Notes: generated by a model not told the origin, from the sequence alone. Positions 32,766 to 42,777 are shown, counted from the first letter of the whole stretch. The stretch: 61,667 nt of DNA, filler included, from Alphaproteobacteria bacterium (GCA_024280495.1; 7 parts of 7 records of this genome joined end to end with filler, not necessarily neighbours in it); one strand, 5' to 3'. A program made the numbers and translations.

Positions 32766-35642
32766 ATGATGGACGATATTATCCAAGATTTCCTTATGGA
32801 AACCTCAGAAAACCTCGAGCAACTGGACATTGATATTGTTTCTTTGGAGCAAGATCACAATAATAAAGAATTGTTAGGGAATATTTTTCGAACTATTCAT
32901 ACTATTAAAGGCACCTGTGGTTTTATCGGTTTGCCACGTCTTGAGAAGGTCGCCCACCACGGTGAAGACGTTTTAGGGCGCTTTCGTGATGGTGATTTAG
33001 ATATAAATCCTCAGGCTATCACTGCAATCTTAAGTTGCATTGATACCATTAAAGAAATCATGGCTCATATCGAAGAAACTGGTGAGGAGCCTGAGGGAGA
33101 TGATACTGATCTTTTCGCAGCTCTGAATGTATTTATGCATGACCAACCAGAAGAAAGCATAGAAACGTCAAGCATTGAAGCGCCTCAAGAACAAAGCGAT
33201 GTTGATGACGTCATAGAAAAAGAAAATTCTGATTGTGAAACAGTACCTGAAGGAAAGTCAGAAGATCTCCTTGGGATTTTCACACCGATCCCAATGGCAG
33301 ATGCTGAATTTAATGAGCCCTTGCCTGATGCAAATCCTGATAAAAAAGAAGATCCAGAGGAAGCTCAAGAAAAAATAGTTGAGCCTGAGACGCCAATTTT
33401 AAAAGAAATAAAGGTCGATGCCGTAGTTTCAAAACCTGCTAAGACTGAGGTCGTTAATAAGAAACCTGAAAAACAGGGCCCCTCTATTGCTAGCCAGAAC
33501 ATACGCGTGAATGTCAGTATGTTAGAAAGTCTTATTACCAGTGTGAGTGAGCTTGTTCTCGCAAGAAATCAACTTCTACAAATCGCACGTGACTCTGACA
33601 ACGATGAATTTAAAGTGCCCCTGCAACGTCTCAACCACATCACTTCTGAACTTCAGGAAGGCCTTATGCAAACACGCATGCAACCCGTTGGGACAGCTTG
33701 GTCACAGCTTCCTCGTATTGTGCGTGATCTTTCTCAGGATTTAGACAAAGACATTAACCTTGAAATGATCGGCGCAGAAACTGAACTGGATCGCCAAGTC
33801 ATCGAAGTCATTAAAGACCCTCTTATGCATATGGTGCGAAATTCTGCGGACCATGGCCTTGAATCTCCCCAAGAACGAGTTGCTGCTGGTAAAAACCGCC
33901 AGGGTAGTATCGTTCTCAAAGCCTACCACGCTGGAGGTCACGTTATTATAGAGATATCTGACAATGGACGGGGCCTTAATAAAGATCGCATTATTGAAAA
34001 AATTATAGGTAATGAACTCTCTACCCCAGAGCAAGTGGAAAATATGAGCGATAGCGTCATTTATAATCATATATTTGCAGCAGGGTTTTCAACGGCAGCC
34101 GTTGTGACAAATGTTTCTGGCCGTGGTGTTGGTATGGATGTTGTTAAATCTAATATTGAAAAGATTGGAGGGTCCGTTGAGGTTAATTCAAAGCCAGGAT
34201 TTGGCAGTGTTTTCACCGTCAAGATCCCCCTTACCCTTGCCATTGTTTCTGCTCTTATTATTAAATCAAGCCAGCAACGTTTTGCCATACCACAAACCAG
34301 TATTATTGAGTTGGTTCAGACTTCAAAAGAAAGTGAACATACCGTTGAATATGTTAATGATCACCCAGTTTTGAGGTTACGTAACAATTTACTTCCTCTT
34401 ATCATGTTGAGTGATGTTCTACATATTACTCCTGAATCAAAGGAAGAGATTTCTTCTATTCAGACTGATATAGAGGAGCCTGATTCAGAAAAAAATCAGA
34501 ACCTTTTTGAAAAATCTACTATTAATCAAGATCAATCTATTGAAGATCAATTCATCATTGTGACTCAAGTGGGATCAGGGCAATTTGGCATCATTGTTGA
34601 TAAAGTTTATGATACGGAAGAAATTGTTGTGAAACCCGTTTCAAAATTACTGCGTTCTGCAAAGCTTTTTGCTGGAAATACCATCCTTGGTGACGGAAGT
34701 GTTGTTATGATTTTGGATCCCAAAAGTATCGCTGATAAATCTGGTGATATACAAACAAGCAGCCATGACACTGATAAAGAGTCACTTAAATCCGTAAATT
34801 CACCAGATGAACGCCGCATGAGATTTCTTGTCTTTAAAGCAGGTGAGGGAGGACCTAAAGCAGTTCCCCTTGATCTTATAGTACGTCTTGAGGAAATAGA
34901 TACCGATAAAATCGAGACCTCCAATGGCATGAATGTCTTGCAGTATCGTAATCGTCTTATGCCTTTGACCTCTGTCGCTGGCTACATAGATACTGAACCT
35001 GGACACAAAAAATCGGTCCTTGTTTTTCAACAACATAATGAATACGTCGGTATTGTCGTTGATGAAATAGTGGATATTGTCGAAGAAAATCTCGATATCA
35101 AAATGAATACAAGTATGGGGGGGAGTTACGGCAGTATGGTCATTAATGATATTACCACTGATTTATTAGATGTGGACTATTTTATTAACCAAGTTTGCCC
35201 AAATTGGTCTTCTATGCTTGATGGTGATCAGGATTCAAATGCTCTAGCAATGAAAAAATCCCTTATGACTATTGCATTTATCGATAAATGCAAACTTTAT
35301 CGTAACTTGATTTCTCCCCTTCTTGAGCTCCAAAACATCAAAAGTTTAGCCTTTGATGATGGAGATACTGCCCTTAATTACCTGTCTAATCACCCAACGG
35401 AATTGGATGCATTTATTCTCGATAAAGATTCCTTGGGAGCGGATTCTGGAGCCTTCTTAAAATCTTGCAAAGAAAACTTCCCAGATGTTCCTTTCTTTAT
35501 TGTAGGAGCTGACTTTAATGCAACAGAAGAAGTCCTTTTCAGGGAATATGAGTGTGTCGCTTGTCTTGCTAAAAATGATCGTGACTCCATCATAGTTACT
35601 CTAAAAGACTACCTTGAACAAACCAGGAGCCTGGCCGCATGA
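32766..35642 (+). CDS. cheA: Chemotaxis histidine kinase CheA with two CheW domains and a C-terminal receiver-like domain
   Basis: Hpt FRTIHTIKG; HMVRNSADHG; VSGRGVGMDVV; two CheW-like domains; degenerate REC tail. Confidence 0.95.
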   Translation: MMDDIIQDFLMETSENLEQLDIDIVSLEQDHNNKELLGNIFRTIHTIKGTCGFIGLPRLEKVAHHGEDVLGRFRDGDLDINPQAITAILSCIDTIKEIMAHIEETGEEPEGDDTDLFAALNVFMHDQPEESIETSSIEAPQEQSDVDDVIEKENSDCETVPEGKSEDLLGIFTPIPMADAEFNEPLPDANPDKKEDPEEAQEKIVEPETPILKEIKVDAVVSKPAKTEVVNKKPEKQGPSIASQNIRVNVSMLESLITSVSELVLARNQLLQIARDSDNDEFKVPLQRLNHITSELQEGLMQTRMQPVGTAWSQLPRIVRDLSQDLDKDINLEMIGAETELDRQVIEVIKDPLMHMVRNSADHGLESPQERVAAGKNRQGSIVLKAYHAGGHVIIEISDNGRGLNKDRIIEKIIGNELSTPEQVENMSDSVIYNHIFAAGFSTAAVVTNVSGRGVGMDVVKSNIEKIGGSVEVNSKPGFGSVFTVKIPLTLAIVSALIIKSSQQRFAIPQTSIIELVQTSKESEHTVEYVNDHPVLRLRNNLLPLIMLSDVLHITPESKEEISSIQTDIEEPDSEKNQNLFEKSTINQDQSIEDQFIIVTQVGSGQFGIIVDKVYDTEEIVVKPVSKLLRSAKLFAGNTILGDGSVVMILDPKSIADKSGDIQTSSHDTDKESLKSVNSPDERRMRFLVFKAGEGGPKAVPLDLIVRLEEIDTDKIETSNGMNVLQYRNRLMPLTSVAGYIDTEPGHKKSVLVFQQHNEYVGIVVDEIVDIVEENLDIKMNTSMGGSYGSMVINDITTDLLDVDYFINQVCPNWSSMLDGDQDSNALAMKKSLMTIAFIDKCKLYRNLISPLLELQNIKSLAFDDGDTALNYLSNHPTELDAFILDKDSLGADSGAFLKSCKENFPDVPFFIVGADFNATEEVLFREYECVACLAKNDRDSIIVTLKDYLEQTRSLAA

Positions 35643-36148
35643 GCATAACAAATACAGAATCTACGCATGAATTCGATGATACATATGCCAATTCCCTCAA
35701 TGGCCAAACAGAGTTTTCTTCACAGCTTTTAACCTTTAGCCTTGATGAGCAAATGTTTGGCATTCCCGTTCAGTATATCAAAGATATCTTTAAATCTTTT
35801 AGAATCACGAAAGTTCCCTTAACACCGCCAGAAATTGCTGGTGTTGTGAATCTACGTGGGCATATCGTGACGGCTATTAATTTGCGGCATAAATTGGGCA
35901 TGAAAAGCAATGTCCCAGATGGGCGCGCAACAATGAATATTGCCGTTGATATTGGTGAGGAGATGTACAGCTTTATCATCGATTCCGTTTCCGAGGTTTT
36001 AACTCTTCAAAAAAAAGATTTCGAAGAAAACCCAGTTACTCTTGATGATAATCTCAAAGCTTTATCACTTGGTATTTATAAGTTGGATAGAAAATTACTA
36101 ATTGTGTTGAATGTAGAAAAATTAATTGGAAATCTTGAAAAAGAGTAA
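35639..36148 (+). CDS. cheW: Chemotaxis coupling protein CheW
   Basis: ITKVPLTP.EIAGVVNLRGHIVTAI. Confidence 0.95.
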   Translation: MSITNTESTHEFDDTYANSLNGQTEFSSQLLTFSLDEQMFGIPVQYIKDIFKSFRITKVPLTPPEIAGVVNLRGHIVTAINLRHKLGMKSNVPDGRATMNIAVDIGEEMYSFIIDSVSEVLTLQKKDFEENPVTLDDNLKALSLGIYKLDRKLLIVLNVEKLIGNLEKE

Positions 36149-36221
36149 TGTTAAAATTAAAATCCATGACACACTAAAATATGACCTTTATAAAAAAATG
36201 AATAACAATAGGATCTACCCC

Positions 36222-36590
36222 ATGGCAACAAATTGTTTAATCGTAGATGACTCTTCTACCATTCGGAAAGTTATTGGAAAAATGATGAAAAAGTTCGAGT
36301 TTAATATCTCGGAAGCAGAAAACGGTCAGGTTGCTCTTGATGCTTGTATAGAATCCATGCCAGATGTTGTTATGCTCGATTGGAATATGCCTGTGATGTC
36401 TGGCATTGATTTCCTCATGCACCTTCGTAAAACACCAGGGGGTGATAAACCAAAAGTCATCTTATGTACAACGGAAAATGAATTTGAGGCAATTCAAAAA
36501 GCTATTTCTGAGGGAGCTAATGAATTTATTATGAAGCCCTTTAATGAGGAAATTATCCGAGAAAAACTTGAAATCGTTGGGGCACTTTAA
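36222..36590 (+). CDS. cheY: Chemotaxis response regulator CheY
   Basis: CLIVDDS, LDWNMPVM.G, CTTEN, MKPF; start reassigned to MATNCL (36222). Confidence 0.93.
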   Translation: MATNCLIVDDSSTIRKVIGKMMKKFEFNISEAENGQVALDACIESMPDVVMLDWNMPVMSGIDFLMHLRKTPGGDKPKVILCTTENEFEAIQKAISEGANEFIMKPFNEEIIREKLEIVGAL

Positions 36591-37804
36591 TGGTTAATTC
36601 TTCTTTTAAACCCAGTACCCCTTTAAAACCAAGGGCTCATTCAACTTTTGCACATCGTGTAAATGTTGCACCTAAGACTTCTACAGCAAAATGCCGTGTG
36701 ATGCTTGTGGATGATAGCTTGGTTGTGCGTGGTATTTTACGCAAAATTCTTATATCCGATCCTGATATTGAAATTGTTGCCAGCGTTGGTAATGGTAAAT
36801 TAGCCGTCGAGGAACTTGATAAAACAAAAGTTGATGCCGTTATTCTTGATATCGAGATGCCTATTATGGATGGTATAACGGCGCTTCCCTTAATGCTAAA
36901 GAAAAAACCAGATCTTGTTGTGCTCGTTGCTTCAACACTCTCACAAAAAAATGCTGATATTAGTTTGAAATGCATGGCGCTTGGGGCAAAAGATTATATT
37001 CCCAAACCAACAACGCAAAGTTTTGCGACAGATGAAAATGCTTTCAAAAGAGAACTTATTTCCAAAATAAAGACCATTACACAAAACATTCGCGATCGGG
37101 CTACAAAGAAAAAAATAATAAGTTCAACGTCTTCAGCAATCAAAAAAGATATTTCAACGGAGGCAAACGAAGAAGGTTTTACATTCAGGCCTCTTCCCGA
37201 AAAACGTCCTGAAGCCATTGTTATTGGCTCCTCTACGGGTGGCCCTCAAGCCCTTGCAGAAGTTCTTAAAAATGCTAAGGGAAGATTTAAAACTCCCATC
37301 TTTATTGCTCAACATATGCCACCTCTTTTCACCAAATCATTGGCTGCCCATATAGAACGTGTTTCTGGCATGACTGCAAAAGAAGGAGAAGACGGTGAAG
37401 TTGTTAAGTCTGGTTGTATTTATGTTGCCCCTGGTGATTTTCATATGGAAGTCATTTCCAATGGTGCTGATAAGAAAATAAAATTAACGCAAAATCCACC
37501 AGAAAATTTCTGTCGTCCTTCAGTTAATCCTTTGTTGCGTTCTGTTGCAAGAGCTTACGGGGGAAAGTCCGTATGCGCTATGTTAACAGGGCTTGGATCT
37601 GATGGTTTTCAAGGTGCAAAAGAATTTATCAATCAGGGAGGGGCTATGATTGCTCAGAATAAAGAAACCTGCGTTGTGTGGGGAATGCCTGCCGCCGTTA
37701 CTAAGGCAGGATATTGTTCGGCTGTATTGCCCCTGAATAAGATATCTGATGCCCTTGAGCGTATCACGAATACTATTAACCCGCGTTTTGGAGTGACTCT
37801 ATAA
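36590..37804 (+). CDS. cheB: Chemotaxis methylesterase CheB
   Basis: REC domain plus IGSSTGGPQAL, QHMP, RPSVN, LTGLG.DG. Confidence 0.95.
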   Translation: MVNSSFKPSTPLKPRAHSTFAHRVNVAPKTSTAKCRVMLVDDSLVVRGILRKILISDPDIEIVASVGNGKLAVEELDKTKVDAVILDIEMPIMDGITALPLMLKKKPDLVVLVASTLSQKNADISLKCMALGAKDYIPKPTTQSFATDENAFKRELISKIKTITQNIRDRATKKKIISSTSSAIKKDISTEANEEGFTFRPLPEKRPEAIVIGSSTGGPQALAEVLKNAKGRFKTPIFIAQHMPPLFTKSLAAHIERVSGMTAKEGEDGEVVKSGCIYVAPGDFHMEVISNGADKKIKLTQNPPENFCRPSVNPLLRSVARAYGGKSVCAMLTGLGSDGFQGAKEFINQGGAMIAQNKETCVVWGMPAAVTKAGYCSAVLPLNKISDALERITNTINPRFGVTL

Positions 37805-38670
37805 TGACAGATACATTTGATAAATCTTTAACGCCTGCCAACTATGGTCTTTTGCGTAAAATGCTTAAAGAAGTCTCGGGGTTGAATCTAACGGACAATA
37901 AAATGTACCTTGTGGAAACGCGTTTGCAAACCATAGCTAAAGCGTACAAATATAACTCTTTAAATCAATTGGTTGATGGTTTAAAAGGTCCCCTTCTTCA
38001 AAAATTACGCATCGATATTTCTGAAGCCATGGCAACCCCTGAAACTTTCTTTTTTCGAGATAAAAAACCTTTTGATCAGTTTAAAAATTATGTCTTGCCG
38101 AGAATTATGGAAGCTAATAAATCAACAAAAAATATCAATATTTGGTGCAGCGCCTCTTCCAGTGGGCAAGAGCCTTATTCCCTAGCTATGATTATTGATG
38201 AACTTAAATCAACCACCCTTGCAGGGTGGCACATCAAGATTTTAGCGTCGGATTTTTCTGATAAAATTCTACGCAAAGCCAAAACCGCTATTTATTCTCA
38301 ATTCGAGGTTCAGCGTGGGCTTCCCATACAATATTTAATGAAGCATTTTACTCAAAAAGATGACGGGTGGCACGTCAAAGATAACCTTAAAAATATGGTC
38401 GAGTTCCGTAATTTTAACCTTCTTCAATCTCCTGCACACCTTGGACGATTTGATGTGATTTTTTGTCGGAATGTTCTTTTTTATTTTGAATCTACCGATA
38501 AAGCAAAAATTCTTAATAATCTGTCTGGAGTCATGAACAAGAGAGGTATGCTGTTTTTAGGAGCAGCAGAGTCAACGGTTGGCACCAGTAATGCTTTTGG
38601 TGCTATCAAAACAGAGCGAGGTGTTTATATGAAAACCGAAGACCTTGAAGATAGTAAATTATCTGCCTAA
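37804..38670 (+). CDS. cheR: Chemotaxis methyltransferase CheR
   Basis: T.ETFFFRD, WCSASSSGQEPYS, FDVIFCRNVL. Confidence 0.95.
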   Translation: MTDTFDKSLTPANYGLLRKMLKEVSGLNLTDNKMYLVETRLQTIAKAYKYNSLNQLVDGLKGPLLQKLRIDISEAMATPETFFFRDKKPFDQFKNYVLPRIMEANKSTKNINIWCSASSSGQEPYSLAMIIDELKSTTLAGWHIKILASDFSDKILRKAKTAIYSQFEVQRGLPIQYLMKHFTQKDDGWHVKDNLKNMVEFRNFNLLQSPAHLGRFDVIFCRNVLFYFESTDKAKILNNLSGVMNKRGMLFLGAAESTVGTSNAFGAIKTERGVYMKTEDLEDSKLSA

Positions 38671-38734
38671 TTAAGAGAGGAAGGTCTAGTCGATTTGAAA
38701 CGACTATAATGTGCCTTTTGAGGTAACACGCCTC

Positions 38735-38900
38735 GGATTTATTGCATGAATAAGAAATGTGAGACAAAACAACCATGTTCTGATGGATTTTCATTTTCAC
38801 AATTTTGTAAATTAAATGAGATCACGCAAAAAAGTACCATTCAGTAACTCTAGAGTAAATTCTAAAAAGAAGATTGTTAATTGCCCTGTTTATAATAACG
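38735..38900 (+). mobile_element. IS5/IS903-like left end and first 28 codons of the transposase whose remainder is at 17752
   Basis: IRL GGATTTATTGCATGAAT (38735-38751); ATG at 38816 gives MRSRKKVPFSNSRVNSKKKIVNCPVYNN, ending in TAATAACG. Confidence 0.85.
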
Positions 38901-39041
38901 GTAACAGGCTCATGAACCCCATCTTTTTTTAGTATTTTGAATTGTGTAAGTTGATCTCTATTGATTAAACAATGGAGATTTCAATGACTACTGACCGCAC
39001 TGCCTTTAAGCCCAGGAATGGGACAAACTCACACACTCCGA
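38901..39041 (+). mobile_element. IS66-family left end (partial, at contig end)
   Basis: Starts GTAACAGGCTCATGAAC, an imperfect IR of the right end GTAAACAGCTCACGAAG; identical to 42778-42918. Confidence 0.82.
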
Positions 39042-39141
39042 NNNNNNNNNNNNNNNNNNNNNNNNNNNNNNNNNNNNNNNNNNNNTTAATTAATTAANNN
39101 NNNNNNNNNNNNNNNNNNNNNNNNNNNNNNNNNNNNNNNNN
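39042..39141. other. Artificial contig-joining spacer
   Basis: N44-TTAATTAATTAA-N44. Confidence 0.98.
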
Positions 39142-39235
39142 AAAATATCCCAGACGTCGTCAATCACTCCCGCTCCTATAAATCATAGGCGTTGGTCCCT
39201 CGCTCCTAGACTGAAACCTTTTTGGAGTGACTATA
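39142..39235 (-). repeat. 107-bp palindromic repeat copy (last 13 bp cut by contig start)
   Basis: Reverse complement TATAGTCACTCCAAAAAGGTTTCAGTCTAGGAGCGAGGGACCAACGCC... aligns without gaps to 26680-26773. Confidence 0.88.
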
Positions 39236-41067
39236 TTTTTCTTCTTTTTTGTTTTTTTATATGCCCCCTCTGTAAAGCAGCACAAATACCAGAAATCAAA
39301 GTCCATGGAACGCCCTTACCGTTTGAGCCACAAACAATTAAGAAAAAAGAAATTCAAGTCAAACAGCACAAAAGTATCCTCTCCCTATTCAAGTCCCACC
39401 CAAGTGTCATAGTTAAAGACTTGAATGGCGTTGCAACTCTCTCCATTCGGGGCGCAAGCACAGCCCACAGTCTCGTTATTATCAATGGGATTCAAATGAA
39501 TGATCCCAGCATCAATAATGTCTTTAATGCCAATGCATTGAATTTGGAAAACATTGAAAAAATAGAAGTTCTTACGGGGGCCAAAGCTGCTTATTATGGC
39601 AATGGAGCACTTGGCGGCGTGATTTCCATAACCCTAAAACACCCAAGCTTACAAAAAAGCAGTTCTACTACTGTCAAATATTGCGGACACCTAACCCTTG
39701 AATCTGGTACAAATGGACATAATATTCAAAATATAAAGGGAGATTTTTCGAAATCAAAAATAGCTGCTATTGCCGCCCTCAGCCGACAAGAAAGTGGACT
39801 CATCCAACGAAAAAATAAAACACATGGCACCTTGAATAGTGATTACAATAAATCAGAAACGGGAACAATTCTCTTACATGGAAAAACACTTTCCTGGCAT
39901 GAATTTAGCCTCCTTGCCCAAGGAGAACGCCATCATCAAAACACAGATTCTTTTCAAGGAGGTGCCTCTATTTTTTTTGGTGATACTGCCATAACTCACG
40001 CAACACGCTTTGCTCTCTCCAACAAATTAAGACTTATTCCCAATAAATGGCGTCAAGATATCACCCTTTCACAGATGACTCTCCGTCGAACATATAACAA
40101 TGCTGACAATGACTTTCATCCTGCTTCTATCACGACTTATAAAGGGCAACGCCAACATATTTCTACCACAGCCCACATATTCCTGAATGAAGCACTAAAT
40201 CTTGATATTGGGGGATATCTTACAAAAGAACAAAGCTATATTTCCACGTTAAAAACAAAACATAACACCCACCTAAAGGGTGCCCATACAAAACTTATCT
40301 GGGATACCAGTGAGACCCTCTCTTTTTTTGCTGCAACGAGGCTGGACCATCACTCTACCTACGGTAAGATTTTAACATGGCAAGCAGGCTCACACATCGA
40401 TTTATCCCCTACCCTTGTTTTTGAGGGGAATATTGGCACAGGTTTTAAATACCCAAGCCATTCGACTCTTTTTAAAAGCCCCCTTCAAGTGGCAAATCCA
40501 AATGCCAATCCTGAACGCTCTTTTTTAATGGATTTTAGCCTTGAAAAACGATTTTTAAAACCAGACCTAAATATAAAAATCACTTATTTCCATACAATAA
40601 TTAAAGACGTCTTGACATGGGATAGGCCTTCCAGGCAAGTAAAAAATCATGAAAAACGCCGCATTCATGGCCTAGAATTATCCCTTGCTGGGAGCCTATT
40701 GAACAACAGAATTGATTATAATTTTTCCTATACACACCTTAATGCCAAGGAACAAAAAACAAAGAACTCACCTTTTTCACGAACTTTAGACACACCTCGG
40801 CACAAAATCACGGCTAATTTAACCTATCATTACGCCAGCAAAACCTCCCTTTTCATAGAGGCTGTTCATAAAACGAAAAAAATAGATTATAATTCAAGGA
40901 CTTTAAACAGGGCAACTGATTTAAGGCTCGGGGCCTCCCATCAAGCAACACCGAATGCCAAGGTATATGGCCGCATTGAAAATGCCCTAAATCAAAAAAC
41001 CGAAAACGTTTATGGCTATGGTAGACGCGGCATCACCTTTATAGTAGGCCTTAAATTAAACACTTAG
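39142..41067 (+). CDS. TonB-dependent receptor (BtuB-like), 5'-truncated
   Basis: The frame of ORF 39421 is open back to the contig start and includes a signal-peptide h-region (YIFLLFCFFICPLCKA); plug motifs SIRG...LVIINGI, IEKIEVLTG...YGNGALGGVI; barrel with RIENALNQ. Confidence 0.85.
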   Translation, partial: KISQTSSITPAPINHRRWSLAPRLKPFWSDYIFLLFCFFICPLCKAAQIPEIKVHGTPLPFEPQTIKKKEIQVKQHKSILSLFKSHPSVIVKDLNGVATLSIRGASTAHSLVIINGIQMNDPSINNVFNANALNLENIEKIEVLTGAKAAYYGNGALGGVISITLKHPSLQKSSSTTVKYCGHLTLESGTNGHNIQNIKGDFSKSKIAAIAALSRQESGLIQRKNKTHGTLNSDYNKSETGTILLHGKTLSWHEFSLLAQGERHHQNTDSFQGGASIFFGDTAITHATRFALSNKLRLIPNKWRQDITLSQMTLRRTYNNADNDFHPASITTYKGQRQHISTTAHIFLNEALNLDIGGYLTKEQSYISTLKTKHNTHLKGAHTKLIWDTSETLSFFAATRLDHHSTYGKILTWQAGSHIDLSPTLVFEGNIGTGFKYPSHSTLFKSPLQVANPNANPERSFLMDFSLEKRFLKPDLNIKITYFHTIIKDVLTWDRPSRQVKNHEKRRIHGLELSLAGSLLNNRIDYNFSYTHLNAKEQKTKNSPFSRTLDTPRHKITANLTYHYASKTSLFIEAVHKTKKIDYNSRTLNRATDLRLGASHQATPNAKVYGRIENALNQKTENVYGYGRRGITFIVGLKLNT

Positions 41068-41083
41068 CTAGATTAGATACCCC

Positions 41084-41659
41084 ATGAGCATCTTTAGCAC
41101 ACCATTTATTCAAGCATCTGTAACCTCAGTAATTCTCCATGTGAGTGCCGTTGTTGGGTACGTCTCTTTTGTTTCTACTACTTCTCCTTTAGGGTCTTCA
41201 TTTTCTGTGAAACAAGATATACCAATGGAATATTCCCTAGAGTATTTCCATACCAACTCTATTAACATTAACAAAGAAAAAATGTTTCCCAAAACCGCCC
41301 CCCCACCTAAAAAAAAACTTACTCAAAAAAAGAAGACAACACTAAAATCTGCATCACAACGGGAAGTTCCCCATAAACAAGAGCGGGTGATAGATATCTC
41401 ATCCCTCTCCATGGTTGGTGCCTATATGCCAAAACCTATTTACCCCAAAAGTGCCCTTCGCCAAAAAAAAACTGGCTTGGTCCGCCTTGAGTTTTCCCTC
41501 AGAAAAACGGGACATGTGAAAAAAATCACAAAAATTATTTCATCGGGACACCCTGACCTGGACCAAGCCGCCAAAGTTGCAGTCTCTCTATGGCATTTTC
41601 CAAAAGACATTTCAGAAAAACACCTCCACTTATCTGCACCCATTAGGTTTATTCTTTAA
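41084..41659 (+). CDS. tonB: Energy transducer TonB
   Basis: N-terminal TM with S..LH, Pro/Lys-rich linker, P.YPK.A...G.V...SSGHPDLDQAA..AV..W.F. Confidence 0.88.
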   Translation: MSIFSTPFIQASVTSVILHVSAVVGYVSFVSTTSPLGSSFSVKQDIPMEYSLEYFHTNSININKEKMFPKTAPPPKKKLTQKKKTTLKSASQREVPHKQERVIDISSLSMVGAYMPKPIYPKSALRQKKTGLVRLEFSLRKTGHVKKITKIISSGHPDLDQAAKVAVSLWHFPKDISEKHLHLSAPIRFIL

Positions 41660-41841
41660 CAAAAAATAAAATCTAAAAAAGAATTATTGTTCATTTGAGC
41701 CTCTGATTTTATGCACAAGAGGATTTTCCATTGACTTCATTTTAAAGACAGGATATCAATATAATTGTAGATTATTTCAAGTTTTCTCTTGAATTTTTGT
41801 CCTTTTAGATTTTACTTTTCATAGTAGAATACTGACCCTTT

Positions 41842-41934
41842 GGAGGGGTGGCCGAGTGGCTGAAGGCGGCGGTTTGCTAAACCGTTATACGGGTACTACC
41901 TGTATCGTGGGTTCGAATCCCATCCCCTCCGCCA
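41842..41934 (+). tRNA. tRNA-Ser(GCT)
   Basis: GGAGGGG/CCCCTCC acceptor stem, anticodon arm GCGGT-TTGCTAA-ACCGT, long variable arm, GTTCGAATC, encoded CCA. Confidence 0.97.
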
Positions 41935-42257
41935 TTTTTTAAGCGTCGAACTTTTTGGGCGTCATTTTTCAAATCCAACAGCACCCCTCTGAACCCCAGT
42001 ATTCATAGGCTCTAGCGCTTTTTAGTCATGCAACACATGCGTACCTAGAGAATTGCAAAATCACCAAATTCACCCCAAAATCTCCCTTTTTGCTCTCCGT
42101 TTCTCCGTTACATACGAACGTCGGTGCCGAAGGTACGCATCTATTAAGCCCTTGATTTTACTGTGTTTATGCAGTTTTGGTATTTTAAGGTTCGTTTTTG
42201 AAAGGTGGTGATGAGGCCTCTCTACAGATAAAAGTTGCTCGCAATTAGTAAGATAAA

Positions 42258-42777
42258 CTAACCAGCACAACATGATAGTTTTTTTTACATCCTTGTCAAA
42301 ATTTAATGCAGCAAGTTTTAATCCTTCAACTCCTGTTAGATATGGGAATATTGAATTTGCTAAATCTTCTGTTGTCATTCCGGCTTTTAATGCCGTGACA
42401 GCAGTTTGTATCATTTCTCCTGCTTCCGGAGCTAAAATGTGGACCCCGAGTAGTTTGTCTGTGTTTTTATTCGCAATTAATTTAATCAAACCTCTTGTGT
42501 CGTGAGCAGCAATAAAGCGCGGCACATGATTCAAAATTATACTGCTTGTTTTGATATTTATGTTTTGTTCTTTTGCTTGACGTTCCGTTAATCCAACATC
42601 TGCTACCTGCGGATCAGTAAACACAACTGTAGGCATGATGGCATCATCATATTGTTTGTGATTCCCTTCAAGTGCATTGAGTGCAGCCAACTTACCACCA
42701 TAGGCGGCCATGTAGACGAACATATCAATGCCGGTAACATCGCCAACAGCATAAACGTCATCACGCGTTGTTTGCAT
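42258..42777 (-). pseudogene. merA: Mercuric reductase, C-terminal fragment
   Basis: FVYMAAYGGK, VVFTDPQVA, FPYLT.VEGLKLAA. A +1 A in an A8 run shifts the canonical KKLSCCAG* end out of frame. The 5' side is cut by an IS66 left end. Confidence 0.88.

Noticed and set aside
36126..36221. N-terminal extension of CheY
   Set aside because: TTG start overlapping cheW; receiver homology begins at ATG 36222.
39227..39412. 61-aa ORF as a frameshifted N-terminus of the TonB receptor
   Set aside because: The receptor's own frame is open here and encodes a better signal peptide; no frameshift is needed.
42070..42257. Novel C-terminal extension on MerA
   Set aside because: Read-through caused by the +1 homopolymer frameshift.
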